IMG/VR virus record: IMGVR_UViG_3300042868_007959 | Location: 186,001 to 250,000 of that record | DNA: 64,000 bases | Direction: 5' to 3' (one strand) | In this document: positions 17,414 to 26,365 of the stretch, piece by piece | Position numbering within the stretch: the stretch's first letter is position 1 | How the letters are laid out: the number at the start of each line of letters is the position of its first letter | Program-made: the position numbers and the translations under genes | The notes under the pieces: model-generated | Databases searched by the model: none | The model's input: only the letters and a program-made list of their open reading frames with translations | What the model was told of the DNA's origin: nothing

Positions 17414-17530
17414 AACACTCACAAATTACTTAAAGATTATTGTGAGGAAAATGGACTTAAGATGTTCTCTTTTGTTGAGAAATTAATAAAGGAAAAGTGT
17501 ATTAAACCTAAAGATATTTATGGTGAATGA
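17381..17530 (+). CDS. Ribbon-helix-helix DNA-binding protein, copy 2 (49 aa)
   Basis: MKRDKNLKITPNTHKLLKDYCEENGLKMFSFVEKLIKEKC; start set by alignment with copy 1. Confidence 0.8.
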   Translation: MKRDKNLKITPNTHKLLKDYCEENGLKMFSFVEKLIKEKCIKPKDIYGE

Positions 17531-17536
17531 AAATCC

Positions 17537-18796
17537 CTAATATAGAGTCCAACCCTGTAAACTACTAATAGACATCTCCACTGAAGATGCAGTGGCACCA
17601 TTAGTTCTTCCTGCCCAAAATGAAAGTAGTGTAGTATTTGATGGTAGGTTTGTTGTTATAGTTCCACTTTCTTGACCCAATTGAGTTGTACCGCTAATAG
17701 AAGTTATTCTCCATTGTACTGTTGATCCACCAAATGCATTATATAATTCCAAAGAATAGAATTTTGTATTGGCAGCACCTGCAGTTCTATTAGATGGGAA
17801 ATTAGTCGCATTTAATGGTATTTTAGTTGCGACACCACTTCCGTCATTATGGAAAATACTCATAAAAGAATCTGCTGGTGCGGAACCGACACCAATAATA
17901 TTTAATAATGAACTTACTGCACTTGCACCTATAAGTGTATCATTTAAAGTACCTGATAAACCTGCAAAAAGAAATGAGTTTGAATTATAAGTAGATTCTG
18001 TACCAAAAGTGAAATTTAAAATTGTATAAAAACCTGTTCCCAAACAAAAATCGGTTGGTGATGCCCCTGCCGAATTTGCACCTCTATATCCACAAGTTGA
18101 GTTTGACGATACGTTACTATTAAAACGACAACGTGGTATTTTTATGGTGCTTGATCCTGCTAAAAAAACAGTTGTTGGTGTACCCATTGCTACACCTGTT
18201 GCTAATCCTGAAACATATACAGTTGTTGTATTAAAACCAAAAGTATAATATCTATCAATATTATAAGCTTGTGGTGTTGTAAGTGAACCATAAGATGAAT
18301 TAAAAGAAGTAGGTAAATTTACATATGTAGTTGCAGATATTGTAGAAAAACCACCATAACCATCTGCCCTAATAAAAGCCGTTTCAGATGATGTGTTATT
18401 TTCAACTATTATATTTTTATCCGTATTACTTCCAGTCCCCCCTTTAAATTGGACACCCCCTAATGTTGAGTTAGTGACAATTTCTGGGTTTACTGAATTA
18501 TTATATGCTTGTTGTAATGTTGTTGTTGATAATGGTAAATTTAAATAAGTTGTTGCGGATATTGTATTAGCCGTTAGACCACCATTAATTACAAAATTAC
18601 CAGTTACTGTATCACCTGTTCTATGTACTCTATCCCAACCAATAGGGATGATATCATTAGCGGTTGTACCTGACGTATATAAAATAACATCTGAGGTATT
18701 TAATGCAATTTCACCTAATTTTATATCACCAGGTAATGGAATTTTACCTGGTACATTAGATCTTTTTAAAAGAAATGTACTCTGTCTTTTAGCCAT
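17537..18796 (-). CDS. Distal tail fibre protein with T4 gp37-like N-terminus
   Basis: LLKRSNVPGKIP...LGEIALNTSD resembles KRS...GELAIN; RVHRTGDTVTG; two TISATTYxNLP blocks. Confidence 0.7.
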   Translation of the reverse strand: MAKRQSTFLLKRSNVPGKIPLPGDIKLGEIALNTSDVILYTSGTTANDIIPIGWDRVHRTGDTVTGNFVINGGLTANTISATTYLNLPLSTTTLQQAYNNSVNPEIVTNSTLGGVQFKGGTGSNTDKNIIVENNTSSETAFIRADGYGGFSTISATTYVNLPTSFNSSYGSLTTPQAYNIDRYYTFGFNTTTVYVSGLATGVAMGTPTTVFLAGSSTIKIPRCRFNSNVSSNSTCGYRGANSAGASPTDFCLGTGFYTILNFTFGTESTYNSNSFLFAGLSGTLNDTLIGASAVSSLLNIIGVGSAPADSFMSIFHNDGSGVATKIPLNATNFPSNRTAGAANTKFYSLELYNAFGGSTVQWRITSISGTTQLGQESGTITTNLPSNTTLLSFWAGRTNGATASSVEMSISSLQGWTLY

Positions 18797-18876
18797 ATTT
18801 ATGACAATTTTTATAAATCCTAATTAAAGGTAATTAAAGCATATGTATGCTATTTTAATAAATATCATAAAAAATA

Positions 18877-18902
18877 AAAAAGGAAAGATTAACTTTCCTT
18901 TT
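18877..18902. terminator. Intrinsic terminator hairpin
   Basis: aaaaggaaag-attaa-ctttcctttt. Confidence 0.7.
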
Positions 18903-18923
18903 ATCTTAATAAAGTATATATGA

Positions 18924-20141
18924 TTAATAAGAACCACCATCTAAAGTGTCAAATTCGGTAAGAACTCTAACACCTTTTATACTACCTGCGGAACCGTTAT
19001 CAGTAACACCCGTACTTCTTATAATTATATCATTTAATTGTGTAATCCACCCTCTATTAGAATATCCTGTTAAAGATGTATATTCTGAAATATTAGGAAC
19101 TTGTGTTGAGGTTAACCCAGTAAGATTTTGTAACCTAACAATATCAAAATTAACATCTCCATTAGAAACACCATTACCATCTTGTATAGCAAAACCTGAA
19201 TTAACAGATGTTAGTGTAGTACTACCAGTTGGGTTATAATTTAATGTTATATTAGGATCCTCAACATATAATTCACTTGTAAAAGCAGATATTGAAGGTC
19301 CAAATACTTTTAAACTACCTTGTATTGTAACATCACCTGAAGCCTCTATATTACCAACACCTAAAGTATTTGTACCATCTTCATATGTAAATTCACTTTC
19401 ATCAACTAACAACCCACCACTACCAACATAAACAACTCTTCCTGATGTTAAATTACTAAATGATAATCCTGAAACAGTATTAATTGATTCGGATAATGGT
19501 AATACACCACCATTTTGTTCAATACTTAATGTATTGGTTGCGGGATTATAAGTAAATCCTGTGACATATGTATCAGTAAAAGTGAGAGAAGATAAACTAA
19601 CTGAATATGGTAAACCCCCATCATTTTTATAAAAATCAATTGAAGTAGTGCCACTATTATATGTACCACCCGTAGTAAAAGTATTTTCTGTAACTAAAAT
19701 AAAAGGACCCCCAGACGGTGATATATTATATTCTAATTGTAGTGTTTGGTTATTGGAGTTATTTGTAGCCCCACTAGTTAAAGTTCCACCAGTAACATAC
19801 GTACCTATTCCTTGAATCGATGATATATCTGCCAATACAAAACCATTTGTTGTACCTGAAAGAAATTTACCTATTAAACCACTACCTGATTGATTTTCAT
19901 ATTTAGTTATTCTATTCCTAATTTTTAACTCATAAAGATTTGATCCTACTTCGAAGAAAGTTGCATTACCTCCCGTACCCGCTGGAGTCCATTCAGATGT
20001 GGATGATGTTACACCTGAGAACATCATTATACCATCCGCAGTGTTTACTATAGGTTCTCCTTTAAGTAATGTTGCCCCCGAAAAAGGTGCATTAGGGACA
20101 GTATTATTTTTTATTACTAATTTAGTCTGTCTATTTGCCAT
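18924..20141 (-). CDS. Tail fibre connector-like protein
   Basis: N-terminal KGEPIVNTADG, C-terminal LDGGSY, S/T/G-rich. Confidence 0.65.
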   Translation of the reverse strand: MANRQTKLVIKNNTVPNAPFSGATLLKGEPIVNTADGIMMFSGVTSSTSEWTPAGTGGNATFFEVGSNLYELKIRNRITKYENQSGSGLIGKFLSGTTNGFVLADISSIQGIGTYVTGGTLTSGATNNSNNQTLQLEYNISPSGGPFILVTENTFTTGGTYNSGTTSIDFYKNDGGLPYSVSLSSLTFTDTYVTGFTYNPATNTLSIEQNGGVLPLSESINTVSGLSFSNLTSGRVVYVGSGGLLVDESEFTYEDGTNTLGVGNIEASGDVTIQGSLKVFGPSISAFTSELYVEDPNITLNYNPTGSTTLTSVNSGFAIQDGNGVSNGDVNFDIVRLQNLTGLTSTQVPNISEYTSLTGYSNRGWITQLNDIIIRSTGVTDNGSAGSIKGVRVLTEFDTLDGGSY

Positions 20142-20172
20142 TTTTTATTTTTTTTATAAATATTTTATTTTT

Positions 20173-20793
20173 TTAATAAGTACCACCCATTAAAGTATCA
20201 TTTTGTATTATAGAACTATCTGCAGTTATAATTCTTAATTCACTATTACTGTCTAAACCTAAATTTAATGTAGGTGTAGTTACACTAATAGATGAAGTCC
20301 AAACCGTAGAATTACCACTAACAGTATTTATTTCTCTAAATCTTTTTAAATGTGTACCGACATCAGATGTTCCGTCATTAGTAGGTGTTATATTCCCACC
20401 CACTTCAGTATTACCCGTCACCAATAAATCACCATTTATAGTAAAACCAGTAACTTTATTTATTGTTGCGGAAAATTCTGCATTATCACCTCTAGTGATA
20501 ATAAAAGTATTTTTATCATCGTATTCAAAATCTATGACACCCGAAGCTCCAGAAATGATAGTATTTATATTCCTATATTGGACTAATCCCGTCAAATTAT
20601 CAATAACTAATATACGATTAAGTGTGTTGTTATTAGATACGGAATTTAATTTTAATTGATCTTGAACAGTTACGGGGGAACAACCATATATATTACTTGT
20701 CCATATACCTGTACACGCAGTAAGTGTCTCAAACTCATTTGTGTTTGTTACAATATAATTTTGTTTTATATTTGAATTATCACAACTACTCAT
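20173..20793 (-). CDS. Virion fibre-associated protein
   Basis: C-terminal LMGGTY; SNIYGCSP block shared with 1714-aa fibre; coupled to upstream gene. Confidence 0.55.
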   Translation of the reverse strand: MSSCDNSNIKQNYIVTNTNEFETLTACTGIWTSNIYGCSPVTVQDQLKLNSVSNNNTLNRILVIDNLTGLVQYRNINTIISGASGVIDFEYDDKNTFIITRGDNAEFSATINKVTGFTINGDLLVTGNTEVGGNITPTNDGTSDVGTHLKRFREINTVSGNSTVWTSSISVTTPTLNLGLDSNSELRIITADSSIIQNDTLMGGTY

Positions 20794-21821
20794 AGTATTA
20801 TTCCACTTATTTCTACTTCTGAAGATTTACTAACATCAGTTTTATTAACCTTAATGTATAATTGATCTCCGTTATTTACGGTAAATGGTAAAGTTACTAT
20901 ACTACCATTTTTCTTAAATAAAACTGAATTTGCATTTGTCACTGTTAAATCATTATACGTTGCAGATATATCTATTGGTATTGTGACATTGTTTGTCCCT
21001 GATTTAAAAATAACATTTAAACATATCCCATTATTTTTAGTATCTAAATTAACTTGATACGATGCCCTATATAATTCTTCACTAATTTCGAAAAAATTTA
21101 TTGCTCTACTTATTGCTGGTGTTACTATAAAATCATCTTCGTCTAATAAGTAACCTAACATTTTTATGGTAAATAGTTGAACATAATATTTCCTCTCATC
21201 TAAGTTTGATATCACACTCTCATCACCAATACTATCCATTATTAATGGTATTGGGTGACCGTTAACTTTAATATATTTTTCTAAAGATGAAAAAGAAGTT
21301 AACATTTTTCTATTCATAAAATTTAAATCCCTCATCCTATTACAAAATAATCTAACTTCATACAGAATATCAACTGATACTGGTTGTGGAATTTTATAAA
21401 TATCGAAACCATTTCTATTACCATCCCATGTCGGTATCTTCATATAAGTGAAGGTAGGTCTACCAGGTATATTAAATTTTCCCGCATAATTAGTACCTTG
21501 TTGTGCATCAGGTTTTCTTACTATGGTAATAAATGGTAGTTTTATATTTTTATCTATATCGGTAAATTGCCAAGTTTTAGAGAATTCCGCCCATCTTTGT
21601 GCACTTAAAAATAAAACAGGAACTTTTTCTCCCGCCAAACTTAAATCTATATCATTATTTACATAGTTAATCATTTCACTATCCATATCTTCATGTAAAA
21701 TACCTTTAGGGAGATAAGTTCCTTTATCGGCAATTTCATCAAGTATACTTTGTCTCTGCTCAAAACCTTGTTTATGAGGAGTTATGTTAACATATTTTTT
21801 ATAATTTTTTGGTAAACCCAT
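20790..21821 (-). CDS. Tail terminator / sheath stabiliser (T4 gp15-like)
   Basis: KVPVLF...RW, KLPFITI, IPQPVSVDILYEV; adjacent to neck gene. Confidence 0.55.
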   Translation of the reverse strand: MGLPKNYKKYVNITPHKQGFEQRQSILDEIADKGTYLPKGILHEDMDSEMINYVNNDIDLSLAGEKVPVLFLSAQRWAEFSKTWQFTDIDKNIKLPFITIVRKPDAQQGTNYAGKFNIPGRPTFTYMKIPTWDGNRNGFDIYKIPQPVSVDILYEVRLFCNRMRDLNFMNRKMLTSFSSLEKYIKVNGHPIPLIMDSIGDESVISNLDERKYYVQLFTIKMLGYLLDEDDFIVTPAISRAINFFEISEELYRASYQVNLDTKNNGICLNVIFKSGTNNVTIPIDISATYNDLTVTNANSVLFKKNGSIVTLPFTVNNGDQLYIKVNKTDVSKSSEVEISGIIL

Positions 21822-21822
21822 A

Positions 21823-22335
21823 TTACATTCCGTTAAATTCGTCTAAGTCAGTTGGTACACAAGTTATTGATCGATAAAACCCTTTATACCCACCAATAGT
21901 ATGTGTGTTATCTGAGAATAATTTACCGTCATTTGAAACTGTAAAATATTTAATTTTTGTTTCTGTTTCAGGATACGCAATATAATCACCATAATTAATA
22001 TCTATACCTAATTCATCCAATTGATCTTGATATACACCTAAAGTAATATTACCCCTTTCAAGTAATCTTAATGAACCATCACTGTTATAACTTTTATTGG
22101 TAGGTGTTGCGTAACTAAAACTAACAGGTATTTCTATTGGTGGTTTGAACCTTATTTCGTTCTTACCTGCCTCACCATAAATATCATCATTGGTGGTATC
22201 AACTCTATCGACACGATAAAGAATTACCTTAATATTGATATCTCCTTCTAACCACTCTCTTCCAAAGTCAATTTCTAATTCAAAATCGTCTTGTGAAAAA
22301 AATTTGTTTAATCTTTCTATTGGTACTTTACGCAT
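21823..22335 (-). CDS. Neck / head-closure protein (T4 gp14-like)
   Basis: LYRVD...DDIYGEA...F.PPIEI, GDYI; context. Confidence 0.55.
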   Translation of the reverse strand: MRKVPIERLNKFFSQDDFELEIDFGREWLEGDINIKVILYRVDRVDTTNDDIYGEAGKNEIRFKPPIEIPVSFSYATPTNKSYNSDGSLRLLERGNITLGVYQDQLDELGIDINYGDYIAYPETETKIKYFTVSNDGKLFSDNTHTIGGYKGFYRSITCVPTDLDEFNGM

Positions 22336-22400
22336 AATTATTAAATCTTATTTATAGATAAATATTTATTTTTAAGAAAAAATTCCCTATAATTATAAAT

Positions 22401-24194
22401 ATGTTAGATATTAACGATATTAACAATTTGGATTGCGAAAGTTTATTGTCATCATATGAGGGTAAAAACCCTTATATACGTTATATGCGTAAAAAATTAA
22501 CCACTGAAAAGAATTATTTTTTAACCAATAGTCAGTCTAATTATATAAAAAATTACTATTATTGTGAACCTAAAATCATAAATAGGGTTGTTGAGTTAAC
22601 TAACTATTTTTCTGATCAACTTAAAGAAGAACATAAATTAAAAATTACACCTAAAAGAATTTTTATTGACACTCTTTTAGCGGAATCTGATAAGGCAATT
22701 CATGTTCTCTGTAAATTTCATAAGAATCAAGAGGATTTTAAACTGATATGGATACCTGTAACTCAACTTTTAGATGACATTCATTATGAAGAATTAACTA
22801 TCGATGTTGATTTTGAAAAATATAAAGATTTAGATAAAAGAGGTTGGAAGGCATTTAAACATCAAGAAGATGGAATTAAATTTTTAATTAATAATAAAAA
22901 GTGTATTCTTGCTGACGATATGGGATTAGGTAAAACTTATCAGTCAATAGTTGCGGCATTAGAAAGTAATTCTGAAAGAGTTTTAATTATATGTCCTTCA
23001 TCACTTAAAATAAATTGGAAAAGGGAAATTGAAAATTTTTGTGAAGATGTATCTATTATTAATGGTAATCAGTGGAATCCTGAACGTTTTACTATAATTA
23101 ACTACGACATTTTAAAAAATTTCCATACCGTAAAGGAAAGGGGAAAAGAGTATGAAGATTGGGAACTTAGAAAAGAATTACTAGATTTTAATCCTGACTT
23201 AATAATTTTAGATGAGGCTCACTACATAAAAAATCATAAAAGTATAAGGGGGAAAATCATTAAGGATATATCTAAAAGTTTTAACAATGCTAGAGTTTGG
23301 TTATTAACGGGAACACCTATCGCAAATAGACCTATGGATTATTATAATTTATTATCTATAATTGATTCTCCTGTCGCAAACAATTGGGTTCATTTTGCAA
23401 AAACATATTGTGAAGGGATGAGGTTTAAAAAAGGTGGTAAATTTGTATGGGTTACTAAGGGTGCGTCTAATTTAGATGAATTATCTTCTAAAACTAGAAG
23501 AACAATACTTAGAAGAAAAAAGGATGAAGTTTTAGATTTACCTGAAAAATTAATTACACCTGTTTATTTAGAATTACAAAATGTTAATGGATATCGAAAT
23601 GTTTGGGAAGACTATTTAAAAAATAGGAAAATTGATGGTAAGAAGGGTAACCCTGCTAAGGATCTTGTTGAGATGACTCTATTAAGAAGTTTTATCGCAA
23701 TGGAAACTGTACCATACTCAATTGAAAAAGCGGAGGAAGCTTTAGAATTAAATAAAAAGGTTATTATCTTTTGTAATTTCAATGAAGAGATGGATACTTT
23801 TATACGACATTTTGGTAATAAATGTGTTTCAGTAAGAGGTGGGATGACAGATAAACAAAAACAACAGTCAGTAGATAGATTTCAAGAGGACGATAATTGT
23901 ATGGTATTTATAGGACAAATAAAAGCTGCGGGTGTTGGGTTAACTTTAACTAAGGCAGAAATTGTAATTATGAATTCTTTAGATTGGGTACCAGGTAATC
24001 ATGAGCAGGCAGAGGATAGAGCATATAGAATTGGACAAAAAGAAACTGTGAATATTTATTATATGTTGATAGATGAAACTATTGATACTTTAATATGGCA
24101 CATATTAAATGAAAAAAGAAAAATTATCGGAACTATAATGGGTGAAGATGAAATAATAAATGAATTTTTAAAAAATATTGAAAATGGAAAATGA
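22401..24194 (+). CDS. SNF2/SWI2-family helicase/translocase (HARP-like)
   Basis: LADDMGLGKT, ILDEAH, LTGTP, GVGLTL, QAEDRAYRIGQ. Confidence 0.95.
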   Translation: MLDINDINNLDCESLLSSYEGKNPYIRYMRKKLTTEKNYFLTNSQSNYIKNYYYCEPKIINRVVELTNYFSDQLKEEHKLKITPKRIFIDTLLAESDKAIHVLCKFHKNQEDFKLIWIPVTQLLDDIHYEELTIDVDFEKYKDLDKRGWKAFKHQEDGIKFLINNKKCILADDMGLGKTYQSIVAALESNSERVLIICPSSLKINWKREIENFCEDVSIINGNQWNPERFTIINYDILKNFHTVKERGKEYEDWELRKELLDFNPDLIILDEAHYIKNHKSIRGKIIKDISKSFNNARVWLLTGTPIANRPMDYYNLLSIIDSPVANNWVHFAKTYCEGMRFKKGGKFVWVTKGASNLDELSSKTRRTILRRKKDEVLDLPEKLITPVYLELQNVNGYRNVWEDYLKNRKIDGKKGNPAKDLVEMTLLRSFIAMETVPYSIEKAEEALELNKKVIIFCNFNEEMDTFIRHFGNKCVSVRGGMTDKQKQQSVDRFQEDDNCMVFIGQIKAAGVGLTLTKAEIVIMNSLDWVPGNHEQAEDRAYRIGQKETVNIYYMLIDETIDTLIWHILNEKRKIIGTIMGEDEIINEFLKNIENGK

Positions 24195-24453
24195 TGTTAG
24201 AGTAAAAGTATTTTCGATGAAAGGTTGCCCTCATTGTGAAAATCTGAAAAATAAATTAAATGAAAACAATATAGATTATATTGAAATCGATATTGATGAG
24301 AATGAAAAGTTATATGAAACCTTTTCTAAAAAGGTTGACAATGAATTTTTACCCGCAATACTAATTGATAGAACCGCATTTGTTCCAGAAAAATCTTTTA
24401 ATACGATTGATGAGGCAGTAGAATTAGTTAAGAACCACTTTCTTCTGGATTAA
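24184..24453 (+). CDS. Glutaredoxin-like protein (CPHC)
   Basis: VFSMKGCPHC...YIEIDID...LPAI thioredoxin fold. Confidence 0.85.
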   Translation: MENDVRVKVFSMKGCPHCENLKNKLNENNIDYIEIDIDENEKLYETFSKKVDNEFLPAILIDRTAFVPEKSFNTIDEAVELVKNHFLLD

Positions 24454-24796
24454 TTTCATCATGTATATTTGAGTCCCAATTTTTGGGTGTATGTTTGTCG
24501 ATAAATTTTGCGATTCTATTGATTAAGTTATTCTCATTCTCATTGTCTTCGACATGACCAAAACCCTCACCGTCATTGTGACCTAAATCATGTACCAAAT
24601 CTTTTTTAAATTCAATGATTTCCTTTCTTTTTTCCTCATCATCGCATTCCTGATAAGCGTTTTCAATTAACCTTAAAGCGTCTATCAGTAATTGTTGTGC
24701 CTTATGTAGTGATGACATACAAGCATTATCTCTACCATTAAGGGGATCACCTAATTCATTTGTATAAGATTCCTTTATGATGTCACCAAATTTCAT
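24428..24796 (-). CDS. Hypothetical acidic protein, possible short IIKE leader
   Basis: ORF coupled to the ferritin-like gene. Confidence 0.55.
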   Translation of the reverse strand: MKFGDIIKESYTNELGDPLNGRDNACMSSLHKAQQLLIDALRLIENAYQECDDEEKRKEIIEFKKDLVHDLGHNDGEGFGHVEDNENENNLINRIAKFIDKHTPKNWDSNIHDEINPEESGS

Positions 24797-25167
24797 TATT
24801 TTAGTGACAACAAGTATCTTAATTTATTTAATTCAGCCATAACTTCATCTCTTATATTTAAAAGGTCACTATCGTTTTCAGAATTAAGTTTTTCGTTTAA
24901 ACTTTTTAACCAAGAAATATTTTCTTTTATAAATGAATTTAAATCTAATGTTTCAGTATTTTTTAAGATAATACTACCCTCACCACTTTCAAAAGTTACT
25001 CTACCATATTTTCCCATATAAGTTTCAATAAACCCATCGATTAAGTCATCTAATGAATCATAAATCCCTCCATAGGCACTATGTTTTGCAAATGATTTAG
25101 TTTGCCAATGCAATACTCTGAATTGTTGTTGCATTCCAACAAATTTTATTACTAGTTCCTCTTTCAT
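24796..25167 (-). CDS. Ferritin/Dps-like protein (DUF5856-like)
   Basis: HWQT..FAKHSAYGGIYD.LDDLIDGFIETYMGKYGR, NIRDE, YLL.L. Confidence 0.8.
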   Translation of the reverse strand: MKEELVIKFVGMQQQFRVLHWQTKSFAKHSAYGGIYDSLDDLIDGFIETYMGKYGRVTFESGEGSIILKNTETLDLNSFIKENISWLKSLNEKLNSENDSDLLNIRDEVMAELNKLRYLLSLK

Positions 25168-25197
25168 ATTTTTTACTATACATTTATCAATTATTAG

Positions 25198-25215
25198 ATA
25201 TTTATTAATAAATAT
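25198..25215. promoter_or_regulatory. Perfect 18-bp palindrome made of two late motifs serving divergent genes
   Basis: ATATTTATTAATAAATAT between 25167(-) and 25223(+). Confidence 0.65.
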
Positions 25216-25222
25216 ATCAGTT

Positions 25223-26365
25223 ATGCCAAATTATTTAAATGATGACTTAAAAAATGAATTATTTACACAAATAAAACATAGATTAGGTGCACCAATTCGA
25301 AAAATTGAGTTAGATTGGGATCAGATGAATTCCCTTTTAGAGACCGCAATTGAGGATTATGCTCAAAGAGTACAAGATTGGTTGATAGAAAACCAATGGT
25401 CTTCAGTATTAGGGAAACAAGCGGATAAAATTGATATTGCATTTGCGTTAACAACAAGATCATTGGATTTTGAAAGTAATTTTTCTTATGCGTATTCTAA
25501 ACAAGTTGGATTACAACAAAGAGGTCCTTGGGAATTAAAGAAAGATTATGTAACTATCATAAGAAATCAACAAGTATATCAGATACCTGCTGGTAGAGAA
25601 ATAAATGAAATATTATGGTTAACACCGAACTCTACTAATCACGCATTATATTCATTTGCGGGATTTGGTGATTATGGTTTTGGTGGTGGTTTTGGTCAAG
25701 TACCTTACGCTGGTTGGGGACAAGGTGGTGGATTAGGTAATGGTGGATTTTATGTAGCACCCGCTTTTGATGTATTACTTAGGGCAGCTGATTTTAGTTT
25801 AAAATCTAAATTATTAAGAAGTGAGTTATCTTATAAAGTTACTGCAGGACCTAATGGTACTAGATTATTACATCTTATGCCGATACCTGGTAGTAGAATA
25901 TCTTTTGCATCCGCAGGTTTACAAGGTGGACAATTAGGGATATCGGGTACAAAAGTTTGGTACCACTACTATGAATCGGGAGATGATAGAGATAAATGTT
26001 TAGCAGAAAACTCTGACATTATAAAATTACCTAATGATGTACCATTATCTAAATTAAGATACTCTGATTTAAATGAACCTACAAAGATTTGGGTTAGAAG
26101 ATATTTAACTGCATTATTTAAAGAATCTTTAGGTAGAGTAAGAGGTAAATTTAGTGGGGCATTAAAAGTACCAGACGCTGAGTTAACTATGGATTTTGAT
26201 AGTTTACTTAATGAAGGTAAAGAAGAACAATTAAAGTTATTAGAACAATTGGATTTAAGATTAGAAAGATTATCTAACGTAAAACAATTGGAGAATAAAG
26301 CTTTAGAGGCAGAAAATTTAAACAAATCATTGACTTATCGACCTTTGGGTCTTTACGTCATATGA
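25223..26365 (+). CDS. Neck / head-tail adaptor protein (T4 gp13-like)
   Basis: RLGAPIRKIEL, WVRRYLTALFKESLGRVRGKF, C-terminal PLGLY. Confidence 0.75.
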   Translation: MPNYLNDDLKNELFTQIKHRLGAPIRKIELDWDQMNSLLETAIEDYAQRVQDWLIENQWSSVLGKQADKIDIAFALTTRSLDFESNFSYAYSKQVGLQQRGPWELKKDYVTIIRNQQVYQIPAGREINEILWLTPNSTNHALYSFAGFGDYGFGGGFGQVPYAGWGQGGGLGNGGFYVAPAFDVLLRAADFSLKSKLLRSELSYKVTAGPNGTRLLHLMPIPGSRISFASAGLQGGQLGISGTKVWYHYYESGDDRDKCLAENSDIIKLPNDVPLSKLRYSDLNEPTKIWVRRYLTALFKESLGRVRGKFSGALKVPDAELTMDFDSLLNEGKEEQLKLLEQLDLRLERLSNVKQLENKALEAENLNKSLTYRPLGLYVI

